DNA of 64,000 nt. It comes from an uncultured Candidatus Peribacteria bacterium (GTDB lineage Bacteria; Patescibacteriota; Gracilibacteria; UBA1369; GWF2-33-10). The position numbers and the translations under genes are program-made. Positions 27,901 through 34,490 of the stretch are shown piece after piece. The notes beneath the pieces were generated by a model, which saw only the letters and a program-made list of their open reading frames with translations, had not been told where the DNA came from and ran no database searches. Location: NCBI GenBank assembly GCA_964511025.1, contig CAZEDK010000001.1, forward strand, positions 24,191 to 88,190. The letters are read 5' to 3'. Position 1 is the first letter of the stretch. Every line of letters begins with the position of its first letter.

Positions 27901-28312
27901 TTGGACATGGATTGAGAAACCGACGCCTGGCAACAAAAACCCTATTTTTGATAAACTGGAAGGGCAAATCGTAGAAAAACTAGATAATTATTTTTATTTG
28001 CAAACTTCAAGTGGCAAAAAAATTCAAATTAATTTTGGAAATCTGGATATAGAAAGTGAACTTAAGAAAAGTATATTTGAAACAGGCACAAAAATTGAGC
28101 TTCTTGCCTCAAGTATAGATAAAACTACATTTGACCTCAAAGACTTCACAATACTTGAAACGGAAAAAGCTCAAAAATTAGAAAGTCAACAAAATTCTAA
28201 TCTATTTATTTTGATAACAGCATTTATTATTGGACTGATTATCGGCATTTGGAGATTAAAAGACACTGGAAAACTTAAACAATTAGCACAATTTTTCGCA
28301 GAAAAACTTTAA
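24914..28312 (+). CDS. Surface protein with five lamin-tail domains, one PKD-like domain, a C-terminal OB-like module and a TM anchor
   Basis: Signal-peptide-like N-terminus from ATG 24914 (the track starts at TTG 24890). The LTD signature occurs five times (…NE…EWIELxN…, e.g. ISEVFPNPSGKDSNQEWIELFNSGD). PKD-like YEWDFGDGT. C-terminal helix LFILITAFIIGLIIGIW. Confidence 0.85.
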   Translation: MNKKITLIILLAILNLSIISYSISQANSDYENKIIINEIAAFEDSGSEWIEILNLSENAIDLTGWKFFEDSTKHGLSVYSGDLILESGEYAIIADEAETFSINHPEVSGTIIDSSWTSLKESGEEIGLIDSETNYVELFTYIEATNFSLERKNPYSSIYNSENWQEHSNSDSAGYQNSNYSIPATTSNQGESQSETQLEIPNIQDLEISFNGNFININFEFEDEAQNTLILKSVNEIDATVDNGSSYQKGDFLNNAEIISVQSENEFDDYDFEENQKYFYKIFSYDEDFNYSDGINGEITISNITNSGDLIINEFVSSPNDSELEWIELFNTTDNEINLENVYLTDGSNTKHFLSESIDSKNYKIIENLKFALNNSDDTIKLYNNFEQEIYSISYGNTTLSAPAKGQSAGLYDNKFIIFSNPTKGYENKIINNKAKAIIKIQSGSTSGEGSVTINLDGSDSYDIDGDELIYEWDFGDGTKSDKANPNSKTYEKTGEYLISLKVTDIWQETDIDTLEITVKEKSSSNKTKNTNSKNKKSQKSNKESSTNNENKSEEPIIYDDFSSIKITEFMPNPIDSDSGNEWIELYNAGSDTISLNGLLLDDNEDGSSPFDLKNYTIATNSYIVIYSKDSELTLNQSEDKVRLISNNEIIDEVSYTEEAEEGFSYALIDDKWKWLETGSPGYENTINEEYNQESEEMDNDTQSDQNLENLEIKNYSNAIFISEVFPNPSGKDSNQEWIELFNSGDNVANLKDFSLDDSEDGSKKFIFNEGIFIEPYSYFLIYSYDSKINLNNTEDSVRLFNPDKFIADQIYYEEAPENQSFARFDGNFLWTNKPTPNSINILSAENEEDSEKNIQKYQNGNISENIFISEILPNPEGTEVDNEWIEIYNNDNKDINLGNWYLMDNSKSEKKYIFPDTVILKANSYLIIPRKKSKIALDNSKDSLYLYDFDEELKYSVSYEKSIEGESYALVSINEEIDNETKASIVYANDIVENIWTWIEKPTPGNKNPIFDKLEGQIVEKLDNYFYLQTSSGKKIQINFGNLDIESELKKSIFETGTKIELLASSIDKTTFDLKDFTILETEKAQKLESQQNSNLFILITAFIIGLIIGIWRLKDTGKLKQLAQFFAEKL

Positions 28313-29478
28313 AAGGTGACAGTCAACCAATTGACATAGCTCCAAGCTCTTTCAAAATTTCCAGTTGATGGGATCAAGATATATTGACCTGTGCTACTGG
28401 TAGTTGAAGTAAATAAAGATTCTTCGATATCTTCATTATTTATGGAAAAACTTTTCATTCTATTATCTAAAATATTTCCTTTACTAAGCGTATAATCACC
28501 ATAACTATCCATATATTGCATAGTTTCAAATACTCCAAGATCAGTATTCATAAGATCATTAACAGACTTAATCAGCGAAAAAGCAGAGTCCACATTCGCC
28601 ATTATTCCTCTATTTTTGATTTCCATTGAAGCTTGTGCTATAAAATCTTGCTGACGAGCAGATCTTTCAAAATCACTATCCGCATGTCTGGTGCGCAAAT
28701 ATTTCAAAGTTTTTTCGGCATCAAAATTCTGTTTACCTGCCTCTACAGAAAAAACAATATATCCACCTTTTGAATCAGGATACGCATTGTCATAAATAGC
28801 TTTTGGAACATCAATTTCGAAACCTTCAGGGAAAACAATATCAAAAATTTTGACAAAAGAATCCAAATTAACTGCAAGATATTTTTCAACTACTACGCCC
28901 GTAATATTCATAACAGCTTCGCGCATTTTTTCTTCGCCATAAGAATAATAAATTTCATTAATTTTTCTACCCTCGTAATAAATATCTCTTGGTATGCTTA
29001 TCAGCAGTACACGTTTCTGATCTTCCAAAATTCTAACTAACATAATCGTATCACTTAAACTGCCATGCATACCTACAATCAAAATATCAAGAACACCGTC
29101 ACTGACTGGAATATCCTTATTTGATTGTAAAGCTTTTCCTGTTAAATCTAATTTAAGCTGAGTCTCATCAAGTATAGACTGCAAATCCGCACTCTTGTTT
29201 GAAAAAATATCCATATTATGCGATATCTCAACGAGGCTGGAATATAATGTTTTTAAATGTTTTTGATTTTCCAAAATTGTACTATTGAGAAGCTCTTTGT
29301 CTTGATTCAATTTTCCGACTTCATCATAGAGTGCATCAATTTGTTTTTTCGCTTGCGCTTGATATTTGACAGTTTTGAAAGAAATTATCAAAAAAGCTAT
29401 AGTCATTGCGGTTAACGCAATAATAATCGCATAAATTGATATTTTTAAACCGATCAATTGTTTTTTATTTTCAAACAT
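28309..29478 (-). CDS. LytR-CpsA-Psr (LCP) family cell-envelope phosphotransferase
   Basis: TM anchor plus coiled coil, then ILIVGMHGSLSDTIMLVRI… LLISIPRDIYY and LKYLRTRHADSDFERSARQQ, which are LCP signatures. The track starts at TTG 29502; the ATG at 29478 is preferred. Confidence 0.85.
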   Translation of the reverse strand: MFENKKQLIGLKISIYAIIIALTAMTIAFLIISFKTVKYQAQAKKQIDALYDEVGKLNQDKELLNSTILENQKHLKTLYSSLVEISHNMDIFSNKSADLQSILDETQLKLDLTGKALQSNKDIPVSDGVLDILIVGMHGSLSDTIMLVRILEDQKRVLLISIPRDIYYEGRKINEIYYSYGEEKMREAVMNITGVVVEKYLAVNLDSFVKIFDIVFPEGFEIDVPKAIYDNAYPDSKGGYIVFSVEAGKQNFDAEKTLKYLRTRHADSDFERSARQQDFIAQASMEIKNRGIMANVDSAFSLIKSVNDLMNTDLGVFETMQYMDSYGDYTLSKGNILDNRMKSFSINNEDIEESLFTSTTSSTGQYILIPSTGNFERAWSYVNWLTVTF

Positions 29479-29488
29479 ATTTTTTGAA

Positions 29489-32077
29489 TTATCCACCTCC
29501 AACTTTCAAATTACTCACATCAATTTCTTGCTCTGCTGTAATACCTATTCTTGCTATAATTTCTTGATCAACAAAAATTTTCTTCCTGCCATATTTCATC
29601 CTTGAATATTGCTTCACAATTTGTGCTACTTTTTCGTTTTTATTGGTTTCATCCCAAACAGTTTCAAGGGAAAATGGTCTTGAAGTGGTATTTTTTATAT
29701 TTAATTTAATATAAGCTTTGTAATTTGAAATACCTATAATATCAGATTCTGTAAGCAATGGAGCGTATTCTTTCGCTAGATATTCAGCATCTTCAGCACC
29801 AATTTTGAAAGACATCATTGTACCCACGTTACCAAAAACAGCATCTCTAATTTGCGTATTAGTCGCTCCTGACTTCGAAATCGTAAGCTGGTTAATATAT
29901 TGATGAGCCATAATAAGCGCAAGTTTATACTTACGAGCTTCTGATAAAATAGAACAAAAACTATCCGTTGCAAAATTTTGAAATTCATCCACGTACATAT
30001 AAAAAGGCCATCTTTTTTCTTGCGGAGTGTCAACTCTACTCATCGCAGCCATCTGCAGTCTTGACACACAGATCAAACCAAGAAGTTGAGTATTCAAATC
30101 CCCTATTTTACCTTTTGATAGATTAATAAGCAAAATCTTTTTATCATCCATACACTCACGAAAATTAAAAGCCGACTTAGTCTGACCTATTGTATTACGC
30201 ATTATAGAATTCGTAATAAATGGTCCAAATTTTGAAGAAAAATACGGTATCATCTCCTGACGCTCTCGCTCTCCAGTATTAGCATACTCATGTGTCCAAA
30301 ACGATTTAACAACGGGATTTGTTATTTTTGCAACTTTGTATTTCATAAAATCTTCATCCACAAAAATTCTTGGTACATCAAGAAGTGTTGCACCTTCTTC
30401 TTTGTCTTCCATAAGCGTCAAACATGCATTTCGAAAATAATGCTGAATACGAGGTCCAAATATTTCATCACCAAAAAGTTTGATAAATATTTCAGTTGCC
30501 TGACTTGATGCCATATCCATTTGTTCCGGATTATCGGCTTCTAATATGTTCAAACCCATTGGGCGCTCCTGATCCGCAGGATCAAAAACAATTACATCTT
30601 TCGCTCTTTCTTTTGGAACATAACGAAGCATATCCTCAACAAGATCACCGTGAGGATCAATAACACAAACACCATCACCATTAAGCATGTCTTGCCGAGC
30701 CAAATAATTTAAAAATACTGACTTACCTGAACCTGATTTTCCTATACAATAATGATGCCTAGTCCTATCATCAGGCAACATATGAACTTCTTTTTTCATA
30801 CCACGAAACGAATTATAACCAAGCAAAACTCCTTGCTGAGGAGCATCAGGAGGGGCTGGAAGCACTCTGTAATCAAGCCATTTAATTACCGGCGACATAT
30901 TGTATCGACTACTAGGAAAATGATATATAGATGCAAGTTCGTCAGGAACCATTATTGAATTTTTTTCACCGAACCATAGAAGCCTTTTTTTGAAATTATG
31001 ATAAAGAATTGGATTGTTAACACAATCAACAGGTACAATACGTCTATTTTGGAAATAATTTAAATCTGGAGATTTAAAAAGATTAAATCCGAGGACGATA
31101 CTGTCACATATTTGCTGAGCACGAAATTTAGTGGGCGATGATGCAATGATACGAACACAGGTATCAAAACCAACTTGTTGAGCTTTTTCACCTATAGATT
31201 TCGCTTGTTCTTCTTTTGTTTGCAACATACGAACATAAGAATCTCCGGACGAAGCTCCAGGGGCATTTGTCTTGTTAAGATTAACTTTTTCCACTCCAAC
31301 AAACAATGCTCCCAGAATTTTAAAAACAATTCCTAATATAGGGATCCTCATCAGTAAATTAGCAGGACTTTCTTTGTGCTTATCTTTACCTTTAAAAATT
31401 TTCGTACCCATTTCTTCAGCTTTTTTTCGCCATTTACCACTGTTTGGATTTGAAATTATTTGTATGACAGCGGTTTCATCATCTTCTAATTTAGATAATA
31501 CATTTGTTATATCATTAATCGGATCGTTTTCTACTGTTTTAAAAGTTTTTATTGGATACCAAAATGGCCTCACTAAATAGAGAAAATATCCTTTCATTTT
31601 ATTGCCTTTCGGAACAGCTTCATAAGGTTCTACATATTGGACATCGGCATCCGAATAATAAGAAGTAATCTGCTTTTCAACCATTTCTTTATAATATTCG
31701 TAAGTAACCACATAAAAATAAACCATCTTTTTGCGTACAACTAATTCAAAAGACACCATATCCAAATTAAAAATGAAAGCTCTAATCGTATTCCAAAGAT
31801 TAAGCTCTCTGATTTCGTGAATATTACGAAAAAACTGCGACATAATACCAATCTTTTCACGAAAATCTTTCTCTGTATCTTTTTCTCTATCTTTCTGAGT
31901 GTCACTCCTCGGAAGCATTACCTGCATATACACCAAATGCCTTGCCATAAGATTTGCACGCACAAAACGCATCCAAAAGATAGACTGCTTGAAAACAATG
32001 TATATAATAGGTATTGCTATAAGAATAATAAGCGGATGAGTGCTTGAGAAATCGATAATTATTTGGACGAGATTCAC
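29489..32077 (-). CDS. Membrane-associated P-loop ATPase of the TraD/VirD4/TrwB (type IV coupling protein-like, HerA-FtsK superfamily) type
   Basis: 862 aa. N-terminal hydrophobic segments, Walker A IGKSGSGKSV, VIDPHGDL, and Walker B-like YMYVDEFQNF followed by ALIMAHQYINQL. GTG start at 32077; an alternative ATG is at 31972. Confidence 0.72.
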   Translation of the reverse strand: MNLVQIIIDFSSTHPLIILIAIPIIYIVFKQSIFWMRFVRANLMARHLVYMQVMLPRSDTQKDREKDTEKDFREKIGIMSQFFRNIHEIRELNLWNTIRAFIFNLDMVSFELVVRKKMVYFYVVTYEYYKEMVEKQITSYYSDADVQYVEPYEAVPKGNKMKGYFLYLVRPFWYPIKTFKTVENDPINDITNVLSKLEDDETAVIQIISNPNSGKWRKKAEEMGTKIFKGKDKHKESPANLLMRIPILGIVFKILGALFVGVEKVNLNKTNAPGASSGDSYVRMLQTKEEQAKSIGEKAQQVGFDTCVRIIASSPTKFRAQQICDSIVLGFNLFKSPDLNYFQNRRIVPVDCVNNPILYHNFKKRLLWFGEKNSIMVPDELASIYHFPSSRYNMSPVIKWLDYRVLPAPPDAPQQGVLLGYNSFRGMKKEVHMLPDDRTRHHYCIGKSGSGKSVFLNYLARQDMLNGDGVCVIDPHGDLVEDMLRYVPKERAKDVIVFDPADQERPMGLNILEADNPEQMDMASSQATEIFIKLFGDEIFGPRIQHYFRNACLTLMEDKEEGATLLDVPRIFVDEDFMKYKVAKITNPVVKSFWTHEYANTGERERQEMIPYFSSKFGPFITNSIMRNTIGQTKSAFNFRECMDDKKILLINLSKGKIGDLNTQLLGLICVSRLQMAAMSRVDTPQEKRWPFYMYVDEFQNFATDSFCSILSEARKYKLALIMAHQYINQLTISKSGATNTQIRDAVFGNVGTMMSFKIGAEDAEYLAKEYAPLLTESDIIGISNYKAYIKLNIKNTTSRPFSLETVWDETNKNEKVAQIVKQYSRMKYGRKKIFVDQEIIARIGITAEQEIDVSNLKVGGG

Positions 32078-32090
32078 AATTCAAAATTTG

Positions 32091-32996
32091 ATGAAATCTC
32101 TATATTATAGCAGAAAAAAATATTTTTATCACGATCGAATGAATCAGCTTTTATATATCAAGCCAAAAACAAAAGCAAAAGGAAAGCGAAATAGTTTCAA
32201 GATTTCTTCGTATAAAAATCAAATTTTCAAACCCGGAGAAGGAACTAAAAAAATCAAAAAAATACATAATTTTATTCGCAATTTTTTCATATTAGCCCTG
32301 ATTTGTACTACAATTTATTATTTTTTCTTTTCAGATAAATTCTTGATTGAAAATATCAATATAGAAATCGAAGGAGAAAAATCTATTCAAGAAGAAGACA
32401 TCTTAGACGTATTAGATAAATTTAAATATAAAAATATTTTTTTAGTGGATAAAAATGCAATGATCAAAGATTTAGAACCATTTTTAATAAATATAGCTTT
32501 TTTTGATATCAGAAGATCAATCCCAAACAAACTGATTATCAAAATTGTCGAATATAAAGAAATTGCAAATTTGAGCATAGAATTAGATGGAATAGAAAAA
32601 AAATTCATTATGAATCAAAATGCTCAAGTCAGTCGTGAAAATCTTGCAGAAGAGAATTTGCCAACAATTTATCTCAAAAGTTCCAAACAAACTGCTGAAA
32701 ATGTGTTTACAATGACAAAAGAAGAATTACAATATATAATCAATGCAAAAAGTTACTTTGAAGAAAAATTTAGCATAATAGTAAGATATATTGATTATTA
32801 CCAAATTGAACGAGAAATCCACCTGATGACTGAAAAAGAATTCTCAGTATGGCTTGATATCGATCAACCATACCTAACACAAATCCATGCGCTAAAAGTA
32901 GCAGCATCGAAACTTGATATTTTCACCACTCCTCTTGAATATATTGATTTAAGAGTAAGCAATGGACAAAAAATTATATATCGAAGAAAAAATTAA
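32091..32996 (+). CDS. ftsQ: FtsQ/DivIB-like cell division protein (POTRA domain)
   Basis: Basic cytoplasmic N-terminus and a TM helix (FFILALICTTIYYFFF), followed by FLIENINIEIEGEKSIQEEDILDVL…IFLVD, which looks POTRA-like. The start is uncertain (GTG 32040, ATG 32091 or ATG 32139). Confidence 0.7.
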   Translation: MKSLYYSRKKYFYHDRMNQLLYIKPKTKAKGKRNSFKISSYKNQIFKPGEGTKKIKKIHNFIRNFFILALICTTIYYFFFSDKFLIENINIEIEGEKSIQEEDILDVLDKFKYKNIFLVDKNAMIKDLEPFLINIAFFDIRRSIPNKLIIKIVEYKEIANLSIELDGIEKKFIMNQNAQVSRENLAEENLPTIYLKSSKQTAENVFTMTKEELQYIINAKSYFEEKFSIIVRYIDYYQIEREIHLMTEKEFSVWLDIDQPYLTQIHALKVAASKLDIFTTPLEYIDLRVSNGQKIIYRRKN

Positions 32997-33086
32997 TTAA
33001 TTTTTTCACAACTATTATTTGATTTTTCAAGTTATTAAACTAAAATAGCATTGCTAAGAAAATTTATTCTTTTTTTAAAAAACAAC

Positions 33087-33575
33087 ATGGCTGAATTTTC
33101 ATTTGATATTGTCTCCGAATTTGATTTTCAAGAACTTAGAAATGCTATAGATCAAACAAAAAGAGAGACCTCTACAAGATTTGATCTCAAAGATTCCGAT
33201 ATAGAAATTGAACTAAATCAAGACGCAATTGATCTTAATATTGCAAGCGAACACCAATCCGATGCTGTACTTGGAATCGTGATTCAAAAAATAGTAAACA
33301 GAAAGATTTCACCAAAAATACTTGATCCGCAAAAAATAGAAGCATCAGGAGGGATGCGATTTCGTCAAAGTATCAAACTAATCAAATCGTTAGACCAAGA
33401 AAATGCGAAAAAAATCTCAAAATTCATTCGAGATAATTTTCCAAAAGCAAAAGCGAGTATACAAGGAGATACCGTAAGAATTAGCTCAAAAAGCAAAGAT
33501 GATCTGCAGGCTGTTATGAATGGAGTAAAAAACATAGGAATTGAAGTGCCGCTACAATTTACAAATTACAGATAA
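33087..33575 (+). CDS. yajQ: YajQ family (UPF0234) nucleotide-binding protein
   Basis: MAEFSFDIVSEFDFQELRNAIDQTKRETSTRFDLKDS is a classic YajQ N-terminus. About 162 aa from ATG 33087. Confidence 0.9.
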   Translation: MAEFSFDIVSEFDFQELRNAIDQTKRETSTRFDLKDSDIEIELNQDAIDLNIASEHQSDAVLGIVIQKIVNRKISPKILDPQKIEASGGMRFRQSIKLIKSLDQENAKKISKFIRDNFPKAKASIQGDTVRISSKSKDDLQAVMNGVKNIGIEVPLQFTNYR

Positions 33576-33583
33576 TGCAGTTG

Positions 33584-33624
33584 TTAGTTATTAGTCTTTA
33601 GTTATTAGTCTTTAGTCTTTAGTT
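33584..33624. repeat. Heptanucleotide tandem array (TTAGTTA/TTAGTCT, about 6 units) abutting a start codon
   Basis: ttagtta ttagtct ttagtta ttagtct ttagtct ttagtt, immediately followed by the ATG at 33625. Confidence 0.85.
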
Positions 33625-34044
33625 ATGGAAAGAATAAATACAGTTGGAGGAATTTTATACAGAATTGAGAATGATAAAATTTTATATTTATTACTTCAAT
33701 ATCCTGATAAAGCATGGGGATTTCCAAAAGGGATTCAAGATGAAGGCGAAACTCTTGAACAAACCGCAAAACGAGAAATCTGGGAAGAAACAGGAATAAA
33801 AAATATCGAATTAAACGTAAATCATAAATTTGAATTCGATTATTTTTGCACTTACAACGACATTAAATATCATAAATTCGCTACTCTTTTTTTGGCAAAA
33901 TCTGACACAAAAGAAATCATAATTTCAGATGAGCACTTAGATTCCGAGTGGCAGACTTTTGAAAAAGCTTTGAAGAAATTAACTTATGAAAATAATAAAG
34001 AGATTTTGAGAAAAGCTAATTCTATTTTGTTAAAAATTCGTTAA
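33625..34044 (+). CDS. NUDIX hydrolase
   Basis: NUDIX box GFPKGIQDEGETLEQTAKREIWEETGI. Confidence 0.85.
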   Translation: MERINTVGGILYRIENDKILYLLLQYPDKAWGFPKGIQDEGETLEQTAKREIWEETGIKNIELNVNHKFEFDYFCTYNDIKYHKFATLFLAKSDTKEIIISDEHLDSEWQTFEKALKKLTYENNKEILRKANSILLKIR

Positions 34045-34127
34045 AAATCGAAAGTTTTTAGAAAAAACCACTTTCAACAGTTGAAAAATTAAAATATAAT
34101 TAGGCATATAAAATTAAATTTAACTTT

Positions 34128-34478
34128 ATGGGCGAAATAGAATTTCAAAAAATCGTCATTGAAACCTTATACAGAATTGAAAAAGATGTTTCCGGACTGA
34201 AACAAGATGTTTCCGGACTGAAACAAGATGTTTCCGGACTGAAACAAGATGTCTCTGTGCTACAAGAAGATGTATGTAGTTTGAAATCAGGATTTAGCAG
34301 ACTTGAAACAAAAGTAGATAAACTAGATTACGAAATGAAAGATGAAATGAATAAAATGAGAAACAGTATCGATAAAATGCGTGATGAAATGCATGAAAAT
34401 TTCGAATACGTAGAAACACTCATAAATCAAGCTTTTGATAGAATTTCTATATCATTAAGCCATGAACAACGAATCTAA
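34128..34478 (+). CDS. Small coiled-coil protein with a tandem heptad repeat (DVSGLKQ)x3
   Basis: 116-aa ORF with an ATG start. Three perfect 21-bp units at 34185-34247, followed by two degenerate units. Confidence 0.55.
   Translation: MGEIEFQKIVIETLYRIEKDVSGLKQDVSGLKQDVSGLKQDVSVLQEDVCSLKSGFSRLETKVDKLDYEMKDEMNKMRNSIDKMRDEMHENFEYVETLINQAFDRISISLSHEQRI
34185..34247 (+). repeat. Perfect 21-bp tandem repeat x3 inside the coding sequence (GATGTTTCCGGACTGAAACAA)
   Basis: Read directly. Diverged fourth and fifth units follow, to about 34289. Confidence 0.9.
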
Positions 34479-34490
34479 ATTAATTTATTT

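Noticed and set aside
28309-28312. Overlapping convergent stop codons (LTD/LCP 28309-28312, yafQ/MFS 50207-50218, lepB/metG 59220-59225, vapC fragment/orphan 38922-38925) as a possible regulatory feature.
   Set aside because: This is common in compact AT-rich genomes. No hairpins or conserved sequence occur at these junctions, so it is treated as genome compaction rather than a specific signal.
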